Assembly: GCA_045532675.1 (NCBI GenBank) | Contig: JAZSGJ010000102.1 | Span: 1-42,966 of the forward strand | Direction: 5' to 3' | Source: Eubacteriales bacterium | GTDB lineage: Bacteria > Bacillota > Clostridia > Oscillospirales > CAG-272 | Length of the DNA: 42,966 bases | Part shown: positions 1 to 9,174 of the stretch, in pieces | Position numbering within the stretch: position 1 is the first letter of the stretch | Layout: every line of letters begins with the position of its first letter | Notes under the pieces: generated by a model | What the model saw: only the letters and a program-made list of their open reading frames with translations | Told to the model about the DNA's origin: nothing | The model's database searches: none | Translations under genes and position numbers: made by a program

Positions 1-1
1 G

Positions 2-121
2 GTAACGAGCGTTCTTATAGGCGCGTCAAAGCCTTCGCAGATAGAAGAGAACGTTGCTATACTGAACAGCAAGCCTTTTAGTGAGGACGAGCTTTCAAGA
101 ATAGATAAAATAGCGTTGTGA
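2..121 (+). CDS. Aldo/keto reductase, C-terminal fragment (runs off the window start); resembles the L-glyceraldehyde-3-phosphate reductase subgroup
   Basis: Manual translation of frame 2: VTSVLIGASKPSQIEENVAILNSKPFSEDELSRIDKIAL*, a typical AKR C-terminus. Not in the ORF track. Confidence 0.85.
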   Translation, partial: VTSVLIGASKPSQIEENVAILNSKPFSEDELSRIDKIAL

Positions 122-125
122 ATAT

Positions 126-155
126 AAAAAGAGCGGCATAAAGTCGCTCTTTTTT
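126..155. terminator. Bidirectional intrinsic terminator
   Basis: AAAAAGAGCGGC-ataaa-GTCGCTCTTTTT hairpin with A and T tails, between convergent genes. Confidence 0.8.
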
Positions 156-206
156 GCGCCGACGCGCTACCCGTGTTAAGTTTATTTATACGGTGCTTTA
201 TTTCGA

Positions 207-986
207 CTAAATAGATTTTGTTCCGCTTGGCTTAGCCTTTTTCTTATCAATAAAGTGAAATACTATTCCAAACAACACTTTAAATCCAAAACAAATAACA
301 ATTACAGCACCTGCGCTATATAGAATACGTTCGAATACTGAATATTCTCTGTTTACGTTTAATGTGTGTTCAGCACGGTCATATTCTGTATTCTCGCTAT
401 ATAGGGTAATTATTTCATCATATTCCTCACCGTCAAAAATGCGAACGTTACCCGACCACGTATTTACTCCGAATATTAGCTTTATTTCCTTTCCAACGAC
501 AGTGAAGGAGAAGACGTTGTTCGCGTTTTCTTCTCCTTTGTCCAAGGGCTTAAAGCAATAATCGTCAAATTCGTCGGAATATGACCAGTTTAGATTATCG
601 TTCGCCTGCAGCTTGGATAAAGGCTTTCCCTCACCGTCAACTTTTAAGTCAACAAACCAAACCTCTTTGAACTCGTCTTCATCGGACTTTGTCTCGACTG
701 CCTGAAGGTAAACGGTATGCTCCGCTGCCGTTGGCAGAAAAACGTTTTGACCAATGATAGCGACAGCAATTGCGCATATCAAGGGAATTAAAGTCATTTT
801 GCGCTTTGCCATTTTGGTATAAAGCCAGAGTGCGAGGCAAGATATAACGACAAAGTAGCAAAAAACGAAAGCTCTCTTTAACCACGTGTTGAGAGTATAG
901 GTGTCAATCAAAAAGGTTAAATAAATGCTTACCAAGATAACCGAGAAAAATAATATAACATATTTTATCTTTATTAGCCTAGACAT
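207..986 (-). CDS. Hypothetical membrane protein (about 3 N-terminal TM helices, acidic beta-rich external domain, C-terminal TM); last gene of the glycan operon
   Basis: 259-aa ORF with hydrophobic segments, 18 bp downstream of the GT gene. Confidence 0.7.
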   Translation of the reverse strand: MSRLIKIKYVILFFSVILVSIYLTFLIDTYTLNTWLKRAFVFCYFVVISCLALWLYTKMAKRKMTLIPLICAIAVAIIGQNVFLPTAAEHTVYLQAVETKSDEDEFKEVWFVDLKVDGEGKPLSKLQANDNLNWSYSDEFDDYCFKPLDKGEENANNVFSFTVVGKEIKLIFGVNTWSGNVRIFDGEEYDEIITLYSENTEYDRAEHTLNVNREYSVFERILYSAGAVIVICFGFKVLFGIVFHFIDKKKAKPSGTKSI

Positions 987-1004
987 TTTGTTCCCTCTGT
1001 TTTT

Positions 1005-3353
1005 TTAAATATTGCCAAAGAAGACACTGTTCGTAGTTGCCATAATTTTTTCGTTATCGTAATGATATGTCTCGAGGTTTTTCTTAAACTGCGTGATTTC
1101 TTCTGGGTGAAGAAGTATATGCTTTAATCCTTCATAAACCGATTCGTAGTCATTTTCGGTGAGCCAACCGGTTTTACCTTCCTCAATTTGCGTATAAACT
1201 CCGCCAACCTTGGTTGCGATAACCGGTGTGCCAAGAATCAAGGATTCAAAAATAGTGTTTGGCAGTCCCTCATAATCCGACATCAGTGCAAAAACGTCAG
1301 CTTCCTTAACGTGAGGGAAGGGATTCGAGAGAGGCCCTGTCATCGTTACGTATTCCTTTATGGGGCTTGATCCAAAAAGATTTTTAATTGCGTAGAAATC
1401 GTCTCCGCCGCCGATGATTTTCCAATTGAATTTGAAGCCTTCATCGTGTAGCTGCATCAAAACCGCAAAGAGACGGTCGTATGCCTTTTGCGCATCTATT
1501 CTTCCAACAGTAACGAAATTAACGGGCTCTTTGTTTTTTTCCTTTTTCTCAGCGAGCATTTTAATATTTTCCGTAGGAATCAAATTGGCGTTGACCACAA
1601 CCTTGTCCTTGAGATGCGGATATAGATTACAGAAGCTCTCCTTGATATTATCTGAAAGAACGACGATTTTGTCATAGCTCCGGTACAGAACGGAATCGTT
1701 TTTGGTAATTTTCTTATTCCACTCAGTCTTATTCTTCCATAAGCAGTAATCTATATGAATCCATTGAACCTTTCTTTTTGCTTTGCTGTCAGCAACCATC
1801 TTACGGAAAGAAGAACCTTCAGACATAACGCACACACACTCAAACATAGAGAACAGCTTTGAAAGGTGAGGAAATACAAGCTGATTGAAAAGATCGGGAT
1901 TTCTTTTAATTTTTCCTTCAAACGTAAGATTTTTCTTGTAGTCCTTTTCTTCTTTTGAAAGTCTTGGATCTAACAGACAGTCGAGAAGCCTTCTGTGAAA
2001 TATATTATCCTCGGGGAAATCGGCCCAGCTCATAAAGCGTACGCCGTTCAATTCTACGCGAGTTTTTACGTTTGGAGTATTACCGGAAAAGACAGTAATA
2101 CTGTGGTTTTCTTTTAACAAAGCTTGAATTTGAAGCTTTGTGGCAATGTGAGCTCCGCCTAAATAATTGATATCATCAATTATATATAAAAGCTCGTTTT
2201 TGAAGGTTTGCTCTTCATTTGTATGTGTTAATTCGTAAAAATCCTTTAGAATTTGCTCGGTATTATCAAAATTAATCAGGTTCTGTCTGATTGTTTTTGC
2301 AATTTGAGGATCTGCTAAGAATTTTTCAATTTCATCCGCAATGTCCTTAGCTGTAAAATCTGTCAGAAGACCTGTTTTTTCATGCTCGATTTGTTCAAGC
2401 GCACCCGAGGTCTTTGTGGCAATAATCGGAACACCCAGAATTTTTGCTTCGGTGATAACCATTGACCATGATTCATAATTAGACAGCACGGTTACTGCAT
2501 CTGCTTTAGCCATATATTTGTATGGATTTTCTCTTGGCCCTGCAAGAATAAATCTTTCCTCAAGTCCGAATTCTTTTGCCTTGCTTAGAAGCTCATGGCA
2601 TTTTTGTGCATCTGTGGTCGCACCCACGTTAAGCCATAAAAAATCCACGCCGCGATCCTTTAATATCTTCATCGACTGCAGCTGTCTCATATGATTTTTT
2701 TGAGTTCTAACGTTAGCGCACGTAACTAAAACGGGAAGAGTAGAGTCATAATAATTTTCAGGCACGGAATCGTGTGAAAGTCTGCGTATATTCTCAGCAT
2801 CGTTAATATTATAAATGCAAACTGATTTTTTCTGAATAAAAGGGTAGGTTTTGAGACTGTTACTTAATGATAGCTTTGAAACAAAAATGTATTTGCAGAA
2901 AGATTCGTTATGAATGAAATAATTTTCTCCGTCAAAGTATTCCGCCTCGGAAAGATCATTATGAATCCACGCAGCTTTTTTGTCTGCACGGACTGCTTGA
3001 GCAACAAAATCAGGCGACCACCATTCACCAATGTGAAATGCCCAATCATAATAATTTTCTTGGGCGAAAAGCAGTGCTGAACGAGGAAATTTTGACGCAT
3101 TAGATTCGGTTATCAGAAATTTCGATTTGATTTTTTTTGCAAGAGAAAATCTTTTTTCTTCCTTAAAGACGTCAAGCACACGAATATGTTTAGGCAAGGA
3201 TTCAACTAATGAAACTGCGTTTTCAACGTGACATTGATTCATAATGATTAGGTCGGTGCTATAATCTTTAGGATCCAACCGTCTCAACAAATTTAAAAGG
3301 GATACTTCTGCTCCACCTTTATAGAATTGATTAATTACAAATAAGAGTTTCAT
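1005..3353 (-). CDS. Glycosyltransferase with two tandem GT4 (GT-B) modules
   Basis: 782 aa; N-terminal GGAE motif; two EX7E motifs (YESWSMVITE, YEGLPNTIFE); WIH motif in both halves. Confidence 0.9.
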   Translation of the reverse strand: MKLLFVINQFYKGGAEVSLLNLLRRLDPKDYSTDLIIMNQCHVENAVSLVESLPKHIRVLDVFKEEKRFSLAKKIKSKFLITESNASKFPRSALLFAQENYYDWAFHIGEWWSPDFVAQAVRADKKAAWIHNDLSEAEYFDGENYFIHNESFCKYIFVSKLSLSNSLKTYPFIQKKSVCIYNINDAENIRRLSHDSVPENYYDSTLPVLVTCANVRTQKNHMRQLQSMKILKDRGVDFLWLNVGATTDAQKCHELLSKAKEFGLEERFILAGPRENPYKYMAKADAVTVLSNYESWSMVITEAKILGVPIIATKTSGALEQIEHEKTGLLTDFTAKDIADEIEKFLADPQIAKTIRQNLINFDNTEQILKDFYELTHTNEEQTFKNELLYIIDDINYLGGAHIATKLQIQALLKENHSITVFSGNTPNVKTRVELNGVRFMSWADFPEDNIFHRRLLDCLLDPRLSKEEKDYKKNLTFEGKIKRNPDLFNQLVFPHLSKLFSMFECVCVMSEGSSFRKMVADSKAKRKVQWIHIDYCLWKNKTEWNKKITKNDSVLYRSYDKIVVLSDNIKESFCNLYPHLKDKVVVNANLIPTENIKMLAEKKEKNKEPVNFVTVGRIDAQKAYDRLFAVLMQLHDEGFKFNWKIIGGGDDFYAIKNLFGSSPIKEYVTMTGPLSNPFPHVKEADVFALMSDYEGLPNTIFESLILGTPVIATKVGGVYTQIEEGKTGWLTENDYESVYEGLKHILLHPEEITQFKKNLETYHYDNEKIMATTNSVFFGNI

Positions 3354-5668
3354 TTTTCAGCAACCTCCAACAGTTTAGAAATTTTATTGTGTATTAAATT
3401 TGTGTATTCATTAAATTCATTACTTGAAAAAAATTGGGTAATGTTCTTAGAATCGTTAGCGAAGGAAATTATATCATCAGCTGTAATATGGCTAAGGGTT
3501 TTTCCATATTTTCCGTCCTCAAGCTGATCGGCTATTCCGCCGACGTCTATTGCAAGCACAGGAACGCCGAGCACCTTTGCTTCGTCGATAGTTACCGGAG
3601 TGCCCTCGTATTCCGAGAGCAAAATGAAAATGTCGCACTGCTTTAGCAGGGGACAGGCATTGTCCAAATACCCTGCAAAAATCACGTTTTCGGTCAGATT
3701 CATGTCACGGCACATGCTCTTGTAGCTCTCAAGAAGTTTTCCGTCTCCGACGAGATACCATGAGAAGTTAACTCCGCTCTCCTTTAATTCCTTTGCCAAT
3801 AGCAGAATGCGGTCAAAGCGTTTTTCTTCTTCCATTCTGCCGATAGTAATCAAGTTTAATTTTGATTTATCCGTTTTAATTTCGAAATCAGCGTTAGCTT
3901 TTTTGATAATGTTTTCGTAATCTATAAGATTTGGAACAGTAATAATCTTATCCGACAGATGTGGGTAATGTGAGGTTAATTTATCGCGCAGTTTGTCGGA
4001 AAGGCATACTATGGCATCGTATTTTTCGTAGGTTTTTCCGTCGTTTGACGTAAATTTTCTCGTCCAATTGCTATGGTCGCGCCACGCTGTATAATCGGTG
4101 TGTATCCACTGTATCTTTTTGGGATTCTGAAGGGTGGCTACAAAATGTCTCAGCCGTGACGCCTCGCTCACCACGATTATATAATCGTATCCGTCAAATA
4201 TGCGGCAGAGCTCTTTTTTGAGAAGCTTTTCGTAGAAGGGAATATCTATGCCAAGCTTTACGCGTATAGCGAACGTAATTCTTTTGAGCTTTGCTCTTTT
4301 AGAGTATTCCTTGCTTGCAAGTACTTCCCGTGTTGGCACGGATAGGCATTTGAAGCTTTCGTTATTTTCAATATCAATTACACGGTATTTTGAATAAAGA
4401 GCCTCGTCCTTCAGCGCGCAAACTGAAAAAAGGTCAACTCTCATTAAATTTCGAAGATAATCCGCCTGCATAAGCGTTGCCGCTCTCGCACCGCTCATAT
4501 AATTTATATCGTCAAAAACGTATATAAGCTTTTTTTGATTTGTAAATAGCGCGTCAAGGGCGCCGAGCGTATCGGTGGCGCTTGAAAAGCCGCGCAAATT
4601 TTTGCGAATCCTCTCAGCTATGGCTGAATCGGTAAGAAATTCTCTGATCTTATCTGCGATATCCTCTTCGTCAAAATCACAGAGGATTCCGTTTTCTTTA
4701 TGAATAATCTGCTCGAGTGCGCCGGAGGTTTTCGTAGCGATTACCGGAGTGCCGATAGCCTTTGCTTCGGTAATAACCATTGACCAGGATTCGTGGTCTG
4801 AGAGAACGCACACAGCGTCGCATCTTTTTATTACGGAGTACGGGTTTTCGGTTGCGCCTGTGAAAAGAAAATAATCTTCAAGACCAGCCTTTCGTATTTC
4901 GGCATCAATTTTTTCGTTCAGCTTGGGATTTGCTTGAGCTCCTACGTTTATCCAATAAAATCTTAATCCCTCGTCAAACAGCTTCTTCATTACGCGAATC
5001 TGGCGTACGTGATTTTTCTCGGGACGCACGTTTGCAACGGTAACAAGTCTTGGCAAATTTCCATCGGGAAGAGATACGCTCGGGGATTCTGCCGATTTTT
5101 CGACAACCTCGTCTTGATTGATGATATTGTTTATTATATATCCGCGGTTCTTAAGGAAAGGATACTGCTTTTCTGCGGCGAGCTTTGAATTTTTTGACAC
5201 GAAAATAAAGCCGTCAAAGCACTCGTGATATAAATGAATGTCGGGATGGAAGAAATCGGCCTTATCCGCATCGGCGTGTATCCAGACGTATTTCCATCTT
5301 GCTTTCGCACGATTAGCTACAAGCGAGCAGGAAAACCACTCACCGAACGAAATTGCGATATCGTACGCGTTTTCTTCAAAAACGCGATAAGCTTTTTTTC
5401 GGAATACAGTGCGTCCGGTTATCTTTTTGCAGACCTTAAATATGGCTTTTTTTATATATGCAAGCTTCTTTTCGCGCTCCGCGGTATTATAAACCTTAAC
5501 GTGAGAGGGAATATTCGGAATTAGAGTCACGGTATCCGGCAAATCGATTTGGTCATAAATCAACAAATCAACCTGATATTTTTCAGTCGGCATTGCCGAA
5601 ATTAAATTGACAAGTGCGGTTTCCGCGCCGCCCTTAAACAATTGATTGATGACGAAAAGAACCTTCAT
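3350..5668 (-). CDS. Glycosyltransferase with two tandem GT4 (GT-B) modules; paralog of the adjacent gene
   Basis: 772 aa; GGAE motif; EX7E motifs HESWSMVITE and YEGTPVTIDE; 4-bp overlap with the next gene. Confidence 0.9.
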   Translation of the reverse strand: MKVLFVINQLFKGGAETALVNLISAMPTEKYQVDLLIYDQIDLPDTVTLIPNIPSHVKVYNTAEREKKLAYIKKAIFKVCKKITGRTVFRKKAYRVFEENAYDIAISFGEWFSCSLVANRAKARWKYVWIHADADKADFFHPDIHLYHECFDGFIFVSKNSKLAAEKQYPFLKNRGYIINNIINQDEVVEKSAESPSVSLPDGNLPRLVTVANVRPEKNHVRQIRVMKKLFDEGLRFYWINVGAQANPKLNEKIDAEIRKAGLEDYFLFTGATENPYSVIKRCDAVCVLSDHESWSMVITEAKAIGTPVIATKTSGALEQIIHKENGILCDFDEEDIADKIREFLTDSAIAERIRKNLRGFSSATDTLGALDALFTNQKKLIYVFDDINYMSGARAATLMQADYLRNLMRVDLFSVCALKDEALYSKYRVIDIENNESFKCLSVPTREVLASKEYSKRAKLKRITFAIRVKLGIDIPFYEKLLKKELCRIFDGYDYIIVVSEASRLRHFVATLQNPKKIQWIHTDYTAWRDHSNWTRKFTSNDGKTYEKYDAIVCLSDKLRDKLTSHYPHLSDKIITVPNLIDYENIIKKANADFEIKTDKSKLNLITIGRMEEEKRFDRILLLAKELKESGVNFSWYLVGDGKLLESYKSMCRDMNLTENVIFAGYLDNACPLLKQCDIFILLSEYEGTPVTIDEAKVLGVPVLAIDVGGIADQLEDGKYGKTLSHITADDIISFANDSKNITQFFSSNEFNEYTNLIHNKISKLLEVAEK

Positions 5669-5680
5669 TAGGTATTCTCC

Positions 5681-6409
5681 TTAATTGTTCATATATTCTT
5701 GGCAAACTTCCTCGGACGGTCCGAATTTCACTACGTTGCCATGGTCAAGCCACAGCGCTTTTTTGCAGATTTGCTTTACCTGCTCAATGGAATGTGAAAC
5801 GAATACGACCGTAGCGCCGGAATTTATCATTTCCTGCATTCTCGCAAAGCTTTTTTGCTGGAATTTATAGTCACCGACGGCCAAGATTTCGTCAATTATG
5901 AGGATGTCGGGAATATTCATCGTCGCTATTGCAAAGCCAAGCCTTGCAACCATACCCGAAGAAAAGTTTTTAATTGCGGAATCAACAAAGTCCTCAAGCT
6001 CCGCAAATTTTATTATCTCGTCAAACCTTGAGTTCATATATTCTCTGCTGTAGCCGAGAATCGCTCCGTTGAGATATATATTTTCTCTGGCGGAGAGGTT
6101 GGCGTCAAAGCCTGCTCCAAGCTCGATAAGCGGCGCGATGCTGCCGACTGTTGTAATATTGCCCTTCGTGGGCTTCAATATACCGGAGATAATTTTCAAA
6201 AGCGTACTCTTGCCGGAGCCGTTAAGTCCTATGATTCCGAGCGAATCGCCCTTTTCAAGCTCGAAGGATATATCGTTAAGAGCCCAGAACTCCTGAAAAT
6301 GAATCTCTTTTTTTAACATTTTAACAAGATATTCCTTGATGCTGTCAACCTTCTCAGAGCTGAGATTAAACATCATGGAAACGTTATCAACCTTTATTAC
6401 AGCACTCAT
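5681..6409 (-). CDS. wzt: Polysaccharide/teichoic acid ABC exporter ATP-binding subunit (Wzt/TagH-like), lacking a C-terminal carbohydrate-binding domain
   Basis: Walker A GLNGSGKS, signature FSSGM, Walker B IIDEILAVGD, VSH switch; 242 aa. Confidence 0.92.
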   Translation of the reverse strand: MSAVIKVDNVSMMFNLSSEKVDSIKEYLVKMLKKEIHFQEFWALNDISFELEKGDSLGIIGLNGSGKSTLLKIISGILKPTKGNITTVGSIAPLIELGAGFDANLSARENIYLNGAILGYSREYMNSRFDEIIKFAELEDFVDSAIKNFSSGMVARLGFAIATMNIPDILIIDEILAVGDYKFQQKSFARMQEMINSGATVVFVSHSIEQVKQICKKALWLDHGNVVKFGPSEEVCQEYMNN

Positions 6410-6419
6410 TTAAAACACC

Positions 6420-7217
6420 TCACACATATAAAACGAACTTGTCCTGCTTTTTGTAGAACACGAAGAGACCGAGAGCAAGCATTACAATACCTATCGCAAG
6501 ACAGATAAGATTATCTTTCATGCTCGGGAAAACTCCGTAAAGAACTAAATCGCGCATATAGCTTACGTAATGATACATGGGGTTGAACTGCATGAGCTTC
6601 ATAACTGCGTCGGGAAGTATTGACGTAGGGTAGAATATAGGCGTAAGATAAGTCCACGCCAGTATAAATACTCCGTAAAAGTGCGCTACATCTCTGAAAT
6701 ATACCGTCAGGGCAGAGAGCATGATTCCGAGTCCCGTTGCAAAAAGAAACGTGTAAAAAATCGGAATCGGCATCAGAAGAAGCGTTGCGTGGAAGGGGGC
6801 GCGGGTAACTATCATAACTATGAACATGGCAATCAAGGAAAAGCCTAAGTTCACAAGACCGGAAAGTATATTTGAAAGAGGGAAGAGGTATTTCGGAATA
6901 TATACCTTTTTCAGCAGCGATGCGTTGGAAACCATAGAATGCATAGCCGTGGTCGTAGATTCCGAATTGAATGAGAATATAAGCGAGCCGGAAAGATAAT
7001 AAATCGGGAAATGCTCGATATTCTGCTTGAAAAGCGTTGAGAATACGATGGTTATGACAATCATCATAAGCAGTGGATTCAGTACCGTCCAAAGAAGTCC
7101 GAGAGCCGAATGCCTGTATCTTACCTTGATGTCTCTGACAACAAGCTCCTTAAGCAAAGGAGAAAAGCGTCTGAATCCTTCAATTTTCTCCAAAACGTAG
7201 TTTTTAATTCTTTTCAA
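6420..7217 (-). CDS. wzm: Polysaccharide ABC exporter permease (Wzm/TagG-like)
   Basis: RDIKVRYRHSALGLLWTVLNPL, YLTPIFYP and FNP motifs; TTG start with an AGAGGAG RBS. Confidence 0.92.
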   Translation of the reverse strand: MKRIKNYVLEKIEGFRRFSPLLKELVVRDIKVRYRHSALGLLWTVLNPLLMMIVITIVFSTLFKQNIEHFPIYYLSGSLIFSFNSESTTTAMHSMVSNASLLKKVYIPKYLFPLSNILSGLVNLGFSLIAMFIVMIVTRAPFHATLLLMPIPIFYTFLFATGLGIMLSALTVYFRDVAHFYGVFILAWTYLTPIFYPTSILPDAVMKLMQFNPMYHYVSYMRDLVLYGVFPSMKDNLICLAIGIVMLALGLFVFYKKQDKFVLYV

Positions 7218-7266
7218 TTTTATCTCCTCTCTGTGAGTGTCACGCTATATTTACTCTATCTTTACT

Positions 7267-7295
7267 ATTATAGCACAGTCTTATAATAAAAGCAA
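7267..7295 (-). promoter_or_regulatory. Sigma-A promoter of the wzm operon
   Basis: Minus strand TTGCTT-17 bp-TATAAT with an extended TG. Confidence 0.65.
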
Positions 7296-7347
7296 GTAAA
7301 TAAAATAAAATAATATTCAATAAAATAAAATTAATATTTTAGACGAC

Positions 7348-7380
7348 AAAAAGAGGCTGTCACGTTTGAGACAGCCCATC
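7348..7380 (-). terminator. Intrinsic terminator downstream of the SGNH remnant
   Basis: GGCTGTC-8 nt-GACAGCC stem with a T-run on the minus strand. Confidence 0.55.
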
Positions 7381-7384
7381 GCGT

Positions 7385-7640
7385 TTATATGTTTTGGCGC
7401 AATATGTTTTCAAAATCAATGTGTTTTGTCAACGCAAACGCATAGCGCAGAAATCCCTCGTTGTTTGGATGAAGCTTTCTTTCGTCGGGGTCGCCGAAAA
7501 AGTCCTTTATATGCGGCACTAGGGCGTATCCGTCAATGACGTTAATAAAATGATAGCGTGATACAACCTCTGTAAAGTTCTCGGAAAGGCGTCTCGACGT
7601 CCCGGAAATTAAAATAATTTTCTCGGTGTGTCGATAAAAA
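7385..7640 (-). pseudogene. C-terminal remnant of an SGNH/GDSL hydrolase
   Basis: VIDGYALVPH...GD...LHPNNEGF resembles SGNH block V; the upstream part of the 119-aa ORF looks non-coding and has no GDS motif; 5' boundary approximate. Confidence 0.6.
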
Positions 7641-7798
7641 CCATAATGATTGTTTTGTAAGCTTATCACAATTTTAAAAAGCAACCAACAAATATATTTT
7701 ATCATAAATTTGCGATGTTGTAAAGAGGTATTTGTCGAAAACATACAAATTCTCTTTTTTGCACAAAAAATAATTATAAATTACTTACAAATTGCCGA

Positions 7799-7828
7799 TT
7801 GCAATTCGTTTTCGTTTCGTGATATAAT
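7799..7828 (+). promoter_or_regulatory. Sigma-A promoter with no long ORF downstream
   Basis: TTGCAA-18 bp-TATAAT with extended TGn; followed by an AGGAAGG RBS-like site. Confidence 0.6.
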
Positions 7829-7843
7829 AAAGGTGCAGAAAGG

Positions 7844-7920
7844 AAGGTACGGTCCAATGGCAAGTTAATAAAAAATCAAAACGCCAATGAAAGTAAAGGT
7901 ACAGTCCAATGAAAAAGTAA
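7844..7920 (+). repeat. Imperfect direct repeats, each containing an ATG
   Basis: AAGGTACGGTCCAATG (7844) and AAGGTACAGTCCAATG (7896), plus a partial unit CCAATGAAAGTAA (7884). Confidence 0.7.
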
Positions 7921-8241
7921 AGCGAGATTTTTTCGAAAGACGGTTAAAGTCAAACCGATAATACACGGCGGTGCTACGCAATATATATAGATAGTAAGTA
8001 TACAGAGAATTTATAATCGGTTTTAACAAAAAACATATGCGGTTTGACTATAAAAATCCTTAAGAAAAAGTCAAAAAATCAGAATCCTTTTGCTGAGTAT
8101 TTAAGTGTTGTGTGTGTGAGCTGTTTCGGTTAGAAAGATGTGATAGTTTTGTGATAATAAGAATGAACGCTACGGTATTTGCAAAGGGCATCTAAGGAAA
8201 GAGAGGATAACCAAAAGATGTTAGATATCAAGAGTGAACAG

Positions 8242-8287
8242 AAGTGACCCTCGGTTGCGGTGGTTAAGGTGCAACCGAGGGTCACTT
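8242..8287 (+). terminator. Perfect 17-bp stem hairpin, probable terminator
   Basis: AAGTGACCCTCGGTTGC-12 nt-GCAACCGAGGGTCACTT followed by T-rich sequence. Confidence 0.65.
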
Positions 8288-8365
8288 TCTAATTTTTAAT
8301 TAATTATTCCTAACGTCTTGTTAAAGACGTTTTTTGTATTATAATAAAAACAGTCTTTTTTGAAA

Positions 8366-8875
8366 TTAAAGGTACCATTTTATATCAAATTTTAGTTTTT
8401 GAGTAATAAATACGTAAAAACTCAGGAATGGACGGAAAAGATGCATTGCGTATATATGCTTTATAATCGCAGACTTTAAATTGCCCTTTCCTAAAATTGC
8501 TCTTCTTAATTTCAGGCATTTGCTTCGTTTCCAATCCGGAAAATTTGTGTTCAGAAAAGCTCGGTTTTGTTTTAATTCTGCTTTGAAGCTCTTATCTTTT
8601 GAGATATAGCGTCTTAACATAATTGAGACGCCAAAGTGAATAAATGCCATTGCGGAAAGGAGATCCATATATCCGTCGGTATTAGAAATCTTTATATATA
8701 TTTCTTTGAGCTCCAGCAGAGCATTTTCAATCTCGGTAACGTCTTTAAAGTTTAATGTCTGTATCGCGGAACCGTCAATTATCATATATCGGTACAGAGG
8801 CTCGGGTATAAAGGAAATCTTTTCCGCGTACTGATAAAGCTGCATAAGAAGAATCGCATCTTCAAGAGCTCTCGG
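8366..8875 (-). pseudogene. 5'-truncated GT2-family glycosyltransferase
   Basis: The frame extends upstream of the annotated Met as ...LEDAILLMQLYQYAEKISFIPEPLYRY...GS (the GT2 ED region); the N-terminal DxD domain is absent and the frame abuts an IS remnant. Confidence 0.75.
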
Positions 8876-8880
8876 TCGGC

Positions 8881-9174
8881 ATTGAGATTATGCAGTCACT
8901 AATTAAGCACCAACCGAATGATGACCCCGTGTATGAATTCATTCAGAAAAAACGATCTGAAGGCAAGTCTTGTAACGAAGCAATGATTGCCGAACTAAAC
9001 AAGTTCTTACGCATTTACTACGGCAAAGTTAAAGAATTACTCGCATAAATTTCTACTAATGCATAAAAATGGCGGTTAAATCATTAGATTTAACCGCCAT
9101 GATGTTTTGCGCTCTTTTTCCAGTTTGCAAACATTTTAGTTTTTTCTTAAAACCTCTTGACTTTATTTAGCAGG
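8881..9174 (+). mobile_element. IS110-family remnant: transposase C-terminus (8881-9048) plus non-coding right end
   Basis: Manual translation IEIMQSLIKHQPNDDPVYEFIQKKRSEGKSCNEAMIAELNKFLRIYYGKVKELLA* resembles clostridial IS110 C-termini; hairpin at 9069-9100; outward TTGACT at 9157-9162 near the putative end; end position inferred. Confidence 0.75.

Noticed and set aside
6511-7092. 193-aa alternative-frame ORF inside wzm
   Set aside because: Same-strand overlap with a clear gene; composition is not protein-like.
7844-7920. Possible CRISPR mini-array
   Set aside because: Repeats are only about 16 bp, imperfect and irregularly spaced, and no cas genes are present.
8130-8336. Possible T-box or known riboswitch
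   Set aside because: No T-box consensus (GGTGGNACCGCG) or recognisable aptamer, and no downstream gene on the same strand.
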